From Nitrospirota bacterium (lineage in GTDB: Bacteria > Nitrospirota > UBA9217), in contig CAWCKW010000003.1 in assembly GCA_963796285.1 (NCBI GenBank), positions 160,001 through 224,000 of the forward strand: 64,000 bases of DNA, read 5' to 3'. Shown here piece by piece: positions 22,641 through 33,251 of this stretch. How positions within the stretch are numbered: the first letter of the stretch is position 1; each line of letters begins with the position of its first letter. The position numbers and the translations under genes were made by a program. The notes under the pieces were generated by a model, which saw only the letters and a program-made list of their open reading frames with translations, had not been told where the DNA came from and searched no databases.

Positions 22641-24107
22641 CTATCGTTTCTTTCCGCTGCCGAGGATCGAGCCAAGCACCCCGCGGATGATCTGCCGTCC
22701 GATCGAGCTGCCGATGGCATGGGCGGCGCTCTGGGCCATGGCTCCGAAGAGCTTTGAGGTCTCCGACGCCGGCTCGGCAGTGCGGCCGCGTGCCGGCGCA
22801 GTTGCCTCGGCAGCCTGTGTTTCCGTTGTCCGCTGTTTCAGCTTCTCATAGGCCGATTCACGGTCCACCGCCTTCTCGTAGTGCCCGAACAGCACTGATC
22901 CTTTGATGATCCCTGAGCGCTCCTCCGAAGACAGTGGTGTAAGACGGCTCCTTGGCGGACAGACCATCGCACGCTCTACCATGGTCGGGGCCCCCTTCGC
23001 ATCCAGCACCGACACAAGGGCCTCACCCACGGCAAGTTCGGTGATCGCCTTTGACACATCGAGGCCGGGGGCTGCGCGGAAGGTTTCCGCGGCTGCCTTC
23101 ACTGCCTTCTGGTCCTTGGGTGTGAATGCCCTGAGCGCATGCTGGACCCGGTTGCCCAGCTGGCCGAGGATGACCTCCGGAACATCGAGCGGGTTCTGCG
23201 TCACGAAATAGACTCCGACGCCCTTGGAGCGGATGAGCCGGATGACCTGTTCGATCTTGTCCTCGAGCGCCTTGGAAGTATCATTGAACAGCAAGTGCGC
23301 CTCGTCAAAGAAGAACACGAGTTTCGGTTTGTCAGGATCGCCCACCTCGGGCAGATTTTCGTAGAGCTCCGCCAGCAGCCAGAGCAGGAATGTGGCATAG
23401 AGCGTCGGTGATTGCATAAGCTTGTCAGCGGCAAGGATGTTGATCACCCCTTTGCCGTTGGCGTCGGTCTGCATCAGGTCTTCGAGGTTAAGGGCCGGCT
23501 CGCCGAAGAACGTGTTGCCGCCCTGCTCCTCGATGGCAAGCAGCCCGCGCTGTATCGCGCCGATGCTGGCAGTCGAGACGTTGCCGTACTCGGTCTTGAA
23601 CTTTTCAGCATTCTCCCCCACGAACTGGATCATGGCCCGGAGGTCCTTGAGGTCCAGCAGCAGGAGGCCGTTGTCGTCGGCGATCTTGAAGGTCAGCGTG
23701 AGGACCCCGCTCTGGATGTCGTTCAGGTTCAGCACGCGGGAGAGCAGCAGCGGGCCCATCTCGGAGATGGTCGCGCGGACCGGATGTCCCTGCAGGCCGA
23801 AAACGTCCCAGAACACGGTCGGGCAACTGTCAAAGGCAAAATCTGGAATGCCAAGCTGCCTGGCGCGCTCGGCGAACTCGGGCCGGTCGCCGCCCAGTTT
23901 TGCGATGCCCGAGAGATCGCCCTTCACGTCAGCCATGAAGACCGGTACGCCGATCCTGCTGAACTGCTCGGCCATCACCCTGAGCGTAACGGTCTTGCCT
24001 GTGCCGGTGGCGCCGGCGACCAGACCGTGCCGGTTGGCCATCCGCGGCAGGATCCCGACCTCGGCCTTGCCTTTTGCAATAAGCAGAAATTCAGCTTTTT
24101 GTGCCAT
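22641..24107 (-). CDS. DUF853 / YjgR-like HerA-FtsK family ATPase
   Basis: [51 protein letters not shown]. Confidence 0.92.
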   Translation of the reverse strand: MAQKAEFLLIAKGKAEVGILPRMANRHGLVAGATGTGKTVTLRVMAEQFSRIGVPVFMADVKGDLSGIAKLGGDRPEFAERARQLGIPDFAFDSCPTVFWDVFGLQGHPVRATISEMGPLLLSRVLNLNDIQSGVLTLTFKIADDNGLLLLDLKDLRAMIQFVGENAEKFKTEYGNVSTASIGAIQRGLLAIEEQGGNTFFGEPALNLEDLMQTDANGKGVINILAADKLMQSPTLYATFLLWLLAELYENLPEVGDPDKPKLVFFFDEAHLLFNDTSKALEDKIEQVIRLIRSKGVGVYFVTQNPLDVPEVILGQLGNRVQHALRAFTPKDQKAVKAAAETFRAAPGLDVSKAITELAVGEALVSVLDAKGAPTMVERAMVCPPRSRLTPLSSEERSGIIKGSVLFGHYEKAVDRESAYEKLKQRTTETQAAEATAPARGRTAEPASETSKLFGAMAQSAAHAIGSSIGRQIIRGVLGSILGSGKKR

Positions 24108-24303
24108 AGATCCTCCAGGGAACAGACGCCGGTAGCATAAACCTGAAACAGCACGTGGACACGGAAGAAGCGGAATGGATTATTCCACAAATAAATTTGC
24201 AGCGCAAGCACTTATTGCTAAGGCTCAGGTGTTCCTGGTTCACGAGCGGCGATGTTTCTGCCCTCCCGTTTCTGAACCGGTCCGACCAGCGTTTCGTAAA
24301 ACC

Positions 24304-24340
24304 AAAAGGCGGGATGAGTGTTCATCCCGCCTTTTTTTGT
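24304..24340. terminator. intrinsic terminator downstream of adk
   Basis: aaaaggcgggatga-gtgt-tcatcccgcc-ttttttt. Confidence 0.8.
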
Positions 24341-24419
24341 TGTTCGCTTTCCTGCTGAGCCGAAGGAAGAACCTGCTTTTCTTCCGACCCCTGAATACTT
24401 TCTCCTGACTCCTGCGTAA

Positions 24420-25073
24420 TTACTTTTTCGCCGCAATGCCCTTCTGGATCGCCTTCACCACGCCGTCGCTGCTGGCCTCGCTGATCTTGAGGAGCATGCC
24501 CTTCTTCTCGTAGTAGCCGATGAGCGGCGCGGTCTTTTCGTTGTACACGTCGAGGCGCTTGCTGATGGCCTCCACGGTCTCGTCAGCGCGCTGGATCGTG
24601 GGGTGGCCGCACTTCTTGCACTTGTCGCCGGTGGCCGGCGGGTTGCTCTTGATGTTGTAGATCTCCTGGCACGAAGCGTTCGAGCAGGTCCTGCGGGTGG
24701 TCAACCGGTCGAGGATGACATCGCGCGGCACTTCGATGCTCGCCACGAGGTCAAGCTTGATGTTGAGTTTCTTCATCAAGGCATCGAGCGAATCAGCCTG
24801 CGAGATAGTCCTCGGAAAACCGTCGAGCAGAAAACCCTTCTTGCAATCCGGCTCCTGGAGACGATGCTCCATGATTCCCATAATGAGAGAATCGGGCACC
24901 AGGTCGCCCCGGTCCATGTAGCCCTGTGCTTCTTTGCCGAGCGCTGTGCCGGCCTTGACCGCTCCGCGCAGAATGTCGCCCGTCGAGATCTGCACCGATC
25001 CGTCCAGTGCTGTCAACAGTTTTGCCACCGTGCCCTTGCCCGCGCCCGGTGCGCCTAAAAGAATGATTTTCAT
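24420..25073 (-). CDS. adk: adenylate kinase with Zn-binding LID
   Basis: GAPGAGKGT, STGDILR, LDGFPR, CSNASC...CKKC LID. Confidence 0.97.
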   Translation of the reverse strand: MKIILLGAPGAGKGTVAKLLTALDGSVQISTGDILRGAVKAGTALGKEAQGYMDRGDLVPDSLIMGIMEHRLQEPDCKKGFLLDGFPRTISQADSLDALMKKLNIKLDLVASIEVPRDVILDRLTTRRTCSNASCQEIYNIKSNPPATGDKCKKCGHPTIQRADETVEAISKRLDVYNEKTAPLIGYYEKKGMLLKISEASSDGVVKAIQKGIAAKK

Positions 25074-25180
25074 TGTTACGTGCCTCCTCGGATTGGAAAG
25101 TGGATTAGTGTTTCAAGTCGGCCATTATCGTATGAACGGGTAAAAAAATCAAGGGAAATATCATAAAGCAGTGGTTGTTC

Positions 25181-25330
25181 GCAACTGCTCAGGACCATGA
25201 TAAAGACATTCTCACACGGAGGCACGAAGCCACAAAGGACGGCAACAAATTTACGGGCTGGTTTCAACCCCTATTTTAAGCCTTTCTTCGTGCCTTTGTG
25301 GCTTCGTGTGAGACATGCCTGAGCAGTTTC
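25181..25330. mobile_element. MITE-like element, copy 2
   Basis: TIR gcaactgctcagg / cctgagcagtttc (12/13); internal CACGAAG-type periodic palindrome. Confidence 0.75.
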
Positions 25331-25359
25331 CGCTGTTCCTGAAAATCGGAACAGCGGAA

Positions 25360-26865
25360 TTATACCATCACCACTTCATACTGCTCCTGGTGCAGGTTGG
25401 GGTCGGCCTTGATCACGATCTTCTTCTGAAATTCCTTTTCCAGTTCCTCCACTCCCTGCCGCTCCTCATCGTACATCAGGTCGGCGACCCCGGAGTTCAC
25501 GGTCACGAGCGCCTTCTTTTCATCGGACCCGGTAAAGGCCCTGCGGAGCTCGCGGAAGACCTCGTAGCAAACCGTGCGGTTCGACTTGATGTAGCCGCGG
25601 CCTTCGCAGTAGGGGCAGGTATCGCACAGTGTGCGTCCCAGGCTCTCTCGAATACGCTTGCGCGTCATCTCGATCAGCCCGATGGGAGAGATGTGCGAAA
25701 TGGTCGTCTTGGCCTTGTCGCTGGCCAGGGCCTCCTGGAGCGCCGCGTACACCTTGCGCCGGTTGTCCTCGCGTTCCATGTCGATGAAGTCGAGGATGAT
25801 GATGCCGCCGATGTTCCGGAGCCGGAGCTGGTAGGCGATCTCGCGCACCGCCTCGAGGTTGGTCTTCAGGATCGTGTCTTCAAGAGAGCGCTTGCCCACG
25901 TACCTGCCGGTGTTCACGTCGATCGTTGTGAGCGCCTCGGTCTGGTCGAGGACGATATACCCGCCCGACTTGAGCCAGACCTTCCTGCCGAGGGCCCGCG
26001 AGATCTCGATCTCCACGCCGAAATGCTCGAAAATAGGGTCGTCTCCGTCGTAGGGCTTCACACGCCTGCCGAGCTGGGGGATGTAGGAGTCCACGAACTC
26101 TTTCACCCGCTGGTATTCCTCAGGGGCGTCGATGACCATCCTGTCCACGTCACGGGTGAACACGTCGCGGATCACGCGGAAGACGAGGTCGAGCTCGTTG
26201 TGCATCAACGCGGGCGCGGAGGCCTTCTCCTTTTTCTTCTGGATGTTCTCCCAGAGCCGGGAGAGGAACTCGATATCGGTGGCGAAATCATCCTCGCTCC
26301 TGCCCTGGCTGGCGGTCCGGATGATGTAGCCGGTGTTCGGCTTCCGGAGCCGGCTCACGATCTCGCGCAGCCGCTTTCGTTCCTCGCCGTTCTCGATCCT
26401 GCGTGAGACGCCGATGTGGTTGACGCCCGGCATCATGACCAGATAGCGGCCGGGAATGCTGATGTAGGTCGTCACGCGCGCGCCCTTGGTGCTGATCGGC
26501 TCCTTCGAGACCTGGACCAGAATGTCCTGGCCTTCCTGCAACAGGTCCTCGATCTGGGTCGCGTGAGAGCGCTTCCGTTTGGGCTCGACCTCGAGCTCAA
26601 GGCCCTCGTCCTCCATCATGGGGGTGTATTCCGACGTGCTGTCGAACACATCTCCCACATACAGGAAGGCGGACTTCTCCAGCCCGATGTCCACGAAAGA
26701 CGCCTGCATGCCCGGAAGGACCTTCATCACGCGGCCCTTGTACACATTGCCTGCAACGCCGCGGTCTTTCTTACGGTCGATATATATTTCCGTGACCAGG
26801 GCGTTCTCCAGGAACGCCACGCGAGTCTCCTCCCGGCCTGCGTTTACGATGATCTCAGATGACAT
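25360..26865 (-). CDS. rng: ribonuclease G (Rne/Rng family)
   Basis: GNVYKG..VLPGMQASFVDIG S1 domain, IDVNTG, LRNIGGIIILDFIDM, CPYCEGRG; ATG at 26865 with SD aggag. Confidence 0.95.
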   Translation of the reverse strand: MSSEIIVNAGREETRVAFLENALVTEIYIDRKKDRGVAGNVYKGRVMKVLPGMQASFVDIGLEKSAFLYVGDVFDSTSEYTPMMEDEGLELEVEPKRKRSHATQIEDLLQEGQDILVQVSKEPISTKGARVTTYISIPGRYLVMMPGVNHIGVSRRIENGEERKRLREIVSRLRKPNTGYIIRTASQGRSEDDFATDIEFLSRLWENIQKKKEKASAPALMHNELDLVFRVIRDVFTRDVDRMVIDAPEEYQRVKEFVDSYIPQLGRRVKPYDGDDPIFEHFGVEIEISRALGRKVWLKSGGYIVLDQTEALTTIDVNTGRYVGKRSLEDTILKTNLEAVREIAYQLRLRNIGGIIILDFIDMEREDNRRKVYAALQEALASDKAKTTISHISPIGLIEMTRKRIRESLGRTLCDTCPYCEGRGYIKSNRTVCYEVFRELRRAFTGSDEKKALVTVNSGVADLMYDEERQGVEELEKEFQKKIVIKADPNLHQEQYEVVMV

Positions 26866-27021
26866 TGTGTCTCCTTCATGATGTTTATGACCGTCTCTAA
26901 AATCTATTTTATAATACAACAGGATTGAATACAAGAATTAAAAAAGGGGGTGGGGTCAGATGCCGGCAGAATGCTCCACGGCAAACCATCAAAAGTGCTC
27001 AGGGGCATGATCTTAAATAAC

Positions 27022-27165
27022 GTAACTATTCAGGTTTTCTCACACGAAGCCACAAAGGCACGAAGAAAGGCTTTAATTTCTGAAAAATCCGGATTCATAC
27101 TGTATTTGCCTTCGTGTGCTTCGTGCCTTCGTGTGAACATATGGTTTTAGATCCTGAGTAGTTAT
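27022..27165. mobile_element. MITE-like element, copy 3 (inverted relative to copies 1 and 2)
   Basis: TIR gtaactattcagg / cctgagtagttat; ctcacacgaagccacaaaggcacgaagaaagg is the reverse complement of the arm in copies 1 and 2. Confidence 0.75.
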
Positions 27166-27220
27166 AAAAAACAGTGATGACCACGCCGTCCCGAAAAGCG
27201 CGCGTCTCCTGAACCGGTCC

Positions 27221-29710
27221 TCAGGGCACCATCGGACTTACCCACTGATCCTGCTCCCGGCAATACACCCCGATGCGCGTTGCCCTGAAGAGCACGGACT
27301 CATCACGCCCGATGCCGAACAGGTGCTCGATCACATCCTGCAGGCGCGGCTTGATCTGGTCATGATCGACCAGCGTGCAGAGAAGACGGTCAGGAGCCGC
27401 GGCGATCGACTCAATACACGGGCGGATGTCCTTCTGCTTCCCCTCTTTTGAAACGATCACCGATGCGCGGGACAGGAACTCCTGCACCCGCTCTTCGATC
27501 CTGTCCCGATACGGCGCTGCGACAATGACCTCGTACGTGTATCTGCTGATGCTGCCGGACAGGGACGGCGATTTCTTTGGAACAACCTTTGATTCAAGGA
27601 TCCTGACGCCCTCAGGCAGGGTGCTGTTCAGGCCCTTGGTTATCTGGAGCTGGTCCGCGAACGGGTCGATCTCCAGGTCCAGATATTCCGTCTCGCTCTC
27701 CATGCCCACCGGGAGAGCCGGGCCGAACGCGATCTTCAAATGGGGGTTGAAACCCTGGGAAAAGGCGATAGGCACCTGCGCTCGGACCACGGCACGATGG
27801 AACAGGGCCATGAAATCGAGATGGGAAAGAAAGCGAATGCGTCCGGTCTTGGTGAACTTCATCCTGACGCGAACGGTCATGTCCGGTAGTCCTGCGGGTT
27901 TTTGTCGATCTGCCGGCGCGAATTGTTGCGGAACGGGCTTCGTTGTTGCCAGTGCTGCCGGCCTCCCAAGCTCGTTCGTCCCGCCGTCCGCGCACCCGAT
28001 GCCACAATGCTCGCACTCCTCCCGGCAGTTCTCCGTGATCTTCTCCTCCACCGCGCGTTGATACTCGCGCTTCAGGAATTCCCCGGTCACGCCGCTCTTG
28101 ACAACGCCCCAGGGCAGTTCCTCCTCCAACCCGAATGTCCGCGAGGCATAGGTAGAGGCATCGAGTCCGCATTTCTGAAAAGCCTCGGTCCATTTCTTGA
28201 AATCAAAGCACTCGGTCCATCCGTCGAAGCGGCAGCCGAGGCGCACCGCCTCCTCAATGACCTTGCCGAGCTGCCGGTCGCCGCGCGCGAACGCGCCCTC
28301 CAGCAGGCTCGTCTCGGGATCGTGGGCCTTAAGCGTAATGCCGCGCTTCTTCAATCCCCGGTCGAGATAGGCCTGCTTTCTCCGGATCTCCCCGATGGAC
28401 GCCTGTCCATGCCACTGGAAAGGCGTGTGCGGCTTGGGCACGAAGGTCGAGACGCTGATATTGAGCTGTACAGCGCGCTTGGAGGCGCGCTTGCCGACGC
28501 TGAAAAGTTCGTTCGCGAGCCTGATGATGCCGTCGAGGTCTTCATCGGTCTCGGTCGGGAGTCCGATCATGAAGTAGAGCTTGATCGTGTTCCATCCGCT
28601 CCTGAAGATGGTCTCCGCCGCGTCCAGCAGGTCCAGGTCGGTCACCGGTTTGTTGATGACCCTGCGCAGGCGCTCGGTGCCTGCCTCAGGCGCGAGAGTA
28701 AAGCCGGTCTTGCGCGTACCGGCAATGGCCCTGATCATCTCCGGCGTGAGCGTGCCCACGCGAAGCGACGGGAGCGAGACCGAAACGCGGCTCTCCCGGT
28801 ACTTCTCCATCAGTTCGATGATGAGCGGCTGGATCTCGGAGTAGTCGCCGGAACTCAGCGAGGCGAGCGACAGTTCGTCATACCCGGTGCACGCGAGCGA
28901 TTCATCAAGCAGCCCTTTTACCGTTTCCGGGCCCCGCTCCCGATAGGGCCGGTAAATGATCCCTGCCTGGCAGAACCTGCAGCCGCGGATGCAGCCGCGC
29001 GCGACCTCGACGGTCACCCGGTCGTGGATCGGTTTCATGAGCGGCACGAGGGGTTTGTCCGGATAGGGCGCTGTATCGATGCTTTTGAGATACCGCCTGC
29101 GTACAATCGCCTTTCCAAGCGAGGGAACGTAAAAGCCTTCCTGCTTCGAGATGGCCTTGAGAAATTCCTGTTTGCCCCGATGTTCCTGCCGCAGCGCCAC
29201 GATCTCGTGCACTGCCTCCTCTGCCTCGCCGATGAAAAAAACATCGATAAAATCTGAAAGCGGCCCCGGGTTCACGGCGCAGGGGCCGCCGGCGATGATG
29301 AGCGGGTGGTTCCCGTCGCGGTCCGCGGAACGCACAGGGATCTGAGCGAGCTCCAGCCCCGTCAGGATGTTGGAGTAGGAGAGCTCGTACTGGAGGGTGA
29401 TGCCGATAATGTCGAACTCCGCAAGCGGCAGATTGGACTCCAGGCTGGTAAGCGGCCTTCCTGATGCGCGGAGCCGGTCCTCATAGTCTGTCCAGGGAGA
29501 GAAGACCCGTTCGCATGCCGTGTCCGGCCTGTTGTTCAGGATGTGATAGAGGATCCGGATGCCGAGGTGCGACATGCCGACCTCGTAGGTGTCGGGAAAG
29601 AAGAGGCAGACCCTGGTCTTGACCCGGGCCAGGTCTTTGTGGACTGCGTTGATCTCGGTGTTGATGTACCGTGCGGGCTTGGTGACCAGCGGGAGAAAGT
29701 CTTCGAGCAT
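27221..29710 (-). CDS. B12-binding-like radical SAM protein (TIGR03960-type) fused to a TIGR03936-type domain
   Basis: FPDTYEVGMSH, RGCIRGCRFC (CxxxCxxC), APEAGTERLR, FVPKPHTPFQW; C-terminal RFLSHLD...FSQGFNPH. Confidence 0.9.
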   Translation of the reverse strand: MLEDFLPLVTKPARYINTEINAVHKDLARVKTRVCLFFPDTYEVGMSHLGIRILYHILNNRPDTACERVFSPWTDYEDRLRASGRPLTSLESNLPLAEFDIIGITLQYELSYSNILTGLELAQIPVRSADRDGNHPLIIAGGPCAVNPGPLSDFIDVFFIGEAEEAVHEIVALRQEHRGKQEFLKAISKQEGFYVPSLGKAIVRRRYLKSIDTAPYPDKPLVPLMKPIHDRVTVEVARGCIRGCRFCQAGIIYRPYRERGPETVKGLLDESLACTGYDELSLASLSSGDYSEIQPLIIELMEKYRESRVSVSLPSLRVGTLTPEMIRAIAGTRKTGFTLAPEAGTERLRRVINKPVTDLDLLDAAETIFRSGWNTIKLYFMIGLPTETDEDLDGIIRLANELFSVGKRASKRAVQLNISVSTFVPKPHTPFQWHGQASIGEIRRKQAYLDRGLKKRGITLKAHDPETSLLEGAFARGDRQLGKVIEEAVRLGCRFDGWTECFDFKKWTEAFQKCGLDASTYASRTFGLEEELPWGVVKSGVTGEFLKREYQRAVEEKITENCREECEHCGIGCADGGTNELGRPAALATTKPVPQQFAPADRQKPAGLPDMTVRVRMKFTKTGRIRFLSHLDFMALFHRAVVRAQVPIAFSQGFNPHLKIAFGPALPVGMESETEYLDLEIDPFADQLQITKGLNSTLPEGVRILESKVVPKKSPSLSGSISRYTYEVIVAAPYRDRIEERVQEFLSRASVIVSKEGKQKDIRPCIESIAAAPDRLLCTLVDHDQIKPRLQDVIEHLFGIGRDESVLFRATRIGVYCREQDQWVSPMVP

Positions 29711-29725
29711 GGAACTCCTTCGAAA

Positions 29726-29818
29726 CAGAATTCAGGAGTCAGAGTTCAGGAGTCAGAAATCTGGCTTCTGTACTCCTCGACTTCTGAATTCTGACTTCTG
29801 TCTTCTAGCTTCTGATTT
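29726..29818. repeat. 7-nt periodic palindromic element (CAGGAGT / CTGACTT units)
   Basis: cagaatt caggagt cagagtt caggagt cagaaat ... ctgaatt ctgactt ctgtctt ctagctt ctgattt. Confidence 0.85.
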
Positions 29819-30949
29819 TTAGTAGAACAGCATAAACCGCCGTGTCTGGATATTCAAGAGAATTCCGAGGGCGAGAAAGGTGGCAATGATTGACGTCCCG
29901 CCGTAGCTCACGAGGGGAAGCGGCACGCCGACGACGGGCACGATGCCCACGGCCATGCCGACATTGATGATGACGTAGAGCGATATCATGGAGACAAGGC
30001 CGCCGGCCATGAGAGCGCCGAGACGGTCCTTTGCGTTCTTGGCAATGTCCACGCCCACAAGGAGAAGGAGCAGATACACGAACAGCAGCAGGCCGGCGCC
30101 GACGAGGCCCGTCTCTTCCGCGATCACGGCGAAAATGAAGTCTGTGTGGCGCTCGGGCAGAAAGGCCATCTGGCTCTGCGTGCCTTTTCGGTAACCCTTG
30201 CCCATGATCTGGCCCGAGCCCACGGCGATCTTGGACTGGTTCGCGTGATAGCCGCTCCCGAGCGGGTCCGAGCCCGGGTCGACGAACGCCTTGATCCGGT
30301 TCTGCTGGTACGGCTTGAGAGAACCCCAGATCTTGTGACGCACCGGCGACACGGCGAAGACGAGTGCGGCGATCACCACTCCGGTGACGAGCACCATCAG
30401 GGCGGACCGCAGGTGTATGCCGGCGAGCACGACGATGAGGGACGACGTCATCAGCAGCATGATCGCCGTGCCGAGGTCAGGCTGTTTGAGCACCAGCAGG
30501 AGCGGGACCAGGACCATGGCCCCGGGTACGGCCAGGTCGCGAAGCTCGTAACCTCCCCGCTTCGGGTCTTCAGCAAAGTACCGCGCCAGGGCGAGTGTGA
30601 CCGAAAGCTTCGCAAGCTCCGAAGGCTGGAAGGCGAAGGGGCCGATGGCGAGCCAGCGCTGGGCCCCCATGCCGGTCTTGCCCATGACCATGACGAGGAA
30701 CAGGAGCACAAGCGAGACCGCGTAGAGCAGGTAGGCATAGCGGCCCACCGTGTGATAATCAGGGATGAGCGCAAGGACCATGACAACGAAACCTATGGAA
30801 ACCCAGATAATCTGCTTCGTGAACAGGGACGAGGGCCCTCTCGACGTATACGTTGCGCTGTATACCGCAGCAAGGCCGATGGCGGCAATGATGACGACCA
30901 GCAACACGAGCCCCCAGGGCAGATTATCGAACCGTCTTTGGCTCAACAT
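29819..30949 (-). CDS. rodA: rod shape-determining SEDS protein RodA
   Basis: GAQRW, QPSELAK, QPDLGT, LPERHTDFIF, PLPLVSYGG. Confidence 0.96.
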   Translation of the reverse strand: MLSQRRFDNLPWGLVLLVVIIAAIGLAAVYSATYTSRGPSSLFTKQIIWVSIGFVVMVLALIPDYHTVGRYAYLLYAVSLVLLFLVMVMGKTGMGAQRWLAIGPFAFQPSELAKLSVTLALARYFAEDPKRGGYELRDLAVPGAMVLVPLLLVLKQPDLGTAIMLLMTSSLIVVLAGIHLRSALMVLVTGVVIAALVFAVSPVRHKIWGSLKPYQQNRIKAFVDPGSDPLGSGYHANQSKIAVGSGQIMGKGYRKGTQSQMAFLPERHTDFIFAVIAEETGLVGAGLLLFVYLLLLLVGVDIAKNAKDRLGALMAGGLVSMISLYVIINVGMAVGIVPVVGVPLPLVSYGGTSIIATFLALGILLNIQTRRFMLFY

Positions 30950-32738
30950 TTTTCAGATACTCCTCAATGACTTTTTTTGCAATGGGGGCGGCGGCGCTTC
31001 CACCGTGTCCGCCGTGCTCGACCACCACGGCCACGGCGATCTTCGGGTTATCGACCGGAGCAAAGCCAACGAACCACGCGTGGTCCTTCGTTTCGTCCGA
31101 GAGTTTTCGGCCGGAAACTTTCTGCGCAATGACCTGGGCCGTGCCTGTCTTGCCGGCGACAATTGCAAGCGGCGTAGCGGCCGCATGGGCGGTGCCTCCG
31201 GGTTCGTTGACCACACCGGCGAGGGCACTGCGCACTTCCTCGAGTACGTTGGGATCGAGCGTGACCGAACCAGTGTGTTCCGGAGAAATAACGTTCACTT
31301 CCCCGGTCTCCCGGTTCCTGGTCTGCTTGAGCAGCTGGGGGCGGAAGAAGCTTCCGCCGTTCGCAACGGCGCTCATCATCTGGCAGGCCTGGATCGGGCT
31401 GACGAGAACGAAACCCTGGCCGATGGAGTTGATGTATGTGTCCCCCGGATACCAGGCTTCCCCGGTCCGTTTCTTCTTCCACGCTGTCGTAGGAATGAGG
31501 CCCGGTTTTTCGTCAGGCAAAAGAATGCCGGTCAGACTCCCGTAACCGAGTTTCCTTGCATACTCGGCCACACGGTCCCAGCCGATGCGCTCTCCCATCG
31601 TATAGAAATAAACATCGCAGGACTCGACGAGCGCCTGGTGGAGAGAGACCGCGCCGTGTCCGCCTTTTTTCCAGCACCGGAAGGAGTGCCTGCCGCTCGT
31701 GAGAAACCCCTTGCACGTTACCTTATCATCTAGCTTGATCACACCGGACTCCAGGCCGGCCAGCGCCACGATGATCTTGAACGTGGAACCCGGCGGATAC
31801 ACGCTCTGGATCGCGCGGTTGTACATCGGGTGGCTGGGGTCTTTCATGAGCTGCACCCAATCCTTTGGAGAAATTCCCCGGGGGAAGAGGTTCGGGTCGT
31901 ATGAGGGATGGCTGGTGAGGGCGAGGATTTCGCCGGTGTTCGGGTCCATGGCCACCACGGCCCCTGCCCGGCTGCCGAGACCTTCCTCGGCCGCTTTTTG
32001 CGCATCGAGGTCGATGGTGAGATAGATGTCCGTGCCGGGCTTTGGCTCCTCGATGCCGAGGTCCTTCACCTTCCTGCCCGCTGCGTTGACCTGGATCATG
32101 CGCCTGCCCGCAACGCCGCGCAATAACTTGTCGTAGATCTTTTCCAGGCCACTCTGGCCGGTAAGCATCCCGATATCGGCCTGTACTTTCTTGCGCTGGG
32201 ACTGAGATACCTTGCCGATGTAGCCGAACTGGTGGGAAGCGAGCTCCCCGTAAGGATAATGCCTGAGGTGCTCAGGTTCGATGATCGCCCCGGGCAGATC
32301 ATCCTGATGGGCCTCGACCACGGCCACCTCGTCCCAGGGCGCCTCTTCCCGGATCTTTACCGGATCATAACTTGTTCTGACGTCGTTAGCTTCTTCGAGG
32401 GCTTTGCGGATGGCATCCGGAGTGACCTTGACGATTGCCGACAACTTCTCAATCGTGGCGTCAAGGTCAGGGGCGTCTTCGGGGATCAGCGAGACATCGA
32501 AGACGAGTTCATTCTCGACAAGCGGCCTGCCGCTGCGGTCGTAGATAACACCCCGGGGCGGCCTGAGCATGACCGGTCTGATCCGGTTGTTCTCCGCCTG
32601 CTCCTGATAATACGCTCCCTTTACCACCTGGAGATACCAGAGGCGGATGAAGAGTATCACAATAACAAGGATGATAAAGGCTGCCAGAAGCGGAAGCCTA
32701 CTCTGGATATCGTCGGGGCTGTCCTGTTGCTGATACAT
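30924..32738 (-). CDS. mrdA: penicillin-binding protein 2
   Basis: PPRGVIYDR, PGSTFK (SxxK), SCDVYFY, AGKTGT. Confidence 0.96.
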   Translation of the reverse strand: MYQQQDSPDDIQSRLPLLAAFIILVIVILFIRLWYLQVVKGAYYQEQAENNRIRPVMLRPPRGVIYDRSGRPLVENELVFDVSLIPEDAPDLDATIEKLSAIVKVTPDAIRKALEEANDVRTSYDPVKIREEAPWDEVAVVEAHQDDLPGAIIEPEHLRHYPYGELASHQFGYIGKVSQSQRKKVQADIGMLTGQSGLEKIYDKLLRGVAGRRMIQVNAAGRKVKDLGIEEPKPGTDIYLTIDLDAQKAAEEGLGSRAGAVVAMDPNTGEILALTSHPSYDPNLFPRGISPKDWVQLMKDPSHPMYNRAIQSVYPPGSTFKIIVALAGLESGVIKLDDKVTCKGFLTSGRHSFRCWKKGGHGAVSLHQALVESCDVYFYTMGERIGWDRVAEYARKLGYGSLTGILLPDEKPGLIPTTAWKKKRTGEAWYPGDTYINSIGQGFVLVSPIQACQMMSAVANGGSFFRPQLLKQTRNRETGEVNVISPEHTGSVTLDPNVLEEVRSALAGVVNEPGGTAHAAATPLAIVAGKTGTAQVIAQKVSGRKLSDETKDHAWFVGFAPVDNPKIAVAVVVEHGGHGGSAAAPIAKKVIEEYLKNVEPKTVR

Positions 32739-33251
32739 TTACAACTCCCTTTGAACGGTTCGTCGCATCACTGCCGACATGACTCTCTTGTTGCCGAGCA
32801 GCCTCAGCAACATCGCGCCCAACACGCCGGTGTATAGTGCTTGGGGAAGGATGCGGCCCGCCATCAGGCTGAAAAAGGGGACCGACCCGTAGAACAGCTG
32901 CAGAAAAAACGTTACGACGATCCCTTCCAGCAGGCTGAAAGCCGCCAGGAAGACGCTGTTCGAAGGGCTGGTATAGTCGAGCACTCTCCTGCCGAGCAGT
33001 CCCGCGGAGAGACCGACCAGCCCCCTGGTCAGGCCCGAAAACCCGATAAAGCTCGCAGAACCGATATCCTGGACCAGCCCGATGGCCATGCCCGCGAGAG
33101 CGGCCTCCCAGGGTCCGGTCAGCAGCCCTATGATATAGAGCAGGGCCAGGGCAAGGTCCGGCTTGATTCCACCAAGCGACAGGGGTTCGAGCAGGACTGC
33201 CTGAACAGGAATGATCAAGAGCAGAATAGTAAAATACACGAGGGATTTCAT
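32739..33251 (-). CDS. mreD: rod shape-determining protein MreD
   Basis: Hydrophobic, KPDLAL and GLVQD motifs, lies between mreC and mrdA. Confidence 0.88.
   Translation of the reverse strand: MKSLVYFTILLLIIPVQAVLLEPLSLGGIKPDLALALLYIIGLLTGPWEAALAGMAIGLVQDIGSASFIGFSGLTRGLVGLSAGLLGRRVLDYTSPSNSVFLAAFSLLEGIVVTFFLQLFYGSVPFFSLMAGRILPQALYTGVLGAMLLRLLGNKRVMSAVMRRTVQREL

Noticed and set aside
22641-24107. DUF853 ATPase as part of a HerA-type anti-phage system
   Set aside because: No Sir2, NurA or nuclease partner is adjacent; it looks like the ordinary stand-alone YjgR type.
26975-27010. cacggcaaaccatcaaaag resembling the start of a c-di-GMP-I riboswitch
   Set aside because: It lacks the paired GAAA stem and the following GACGCAAAG segment, and is not upstream of a plus-strand gene.
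29726-29818. Periodic repeats as a CRISPR array
   Set aside because: Units are 7-10 nt with no unique spacers and no cas genes; no CRISPR array was seen anywhere in the window.
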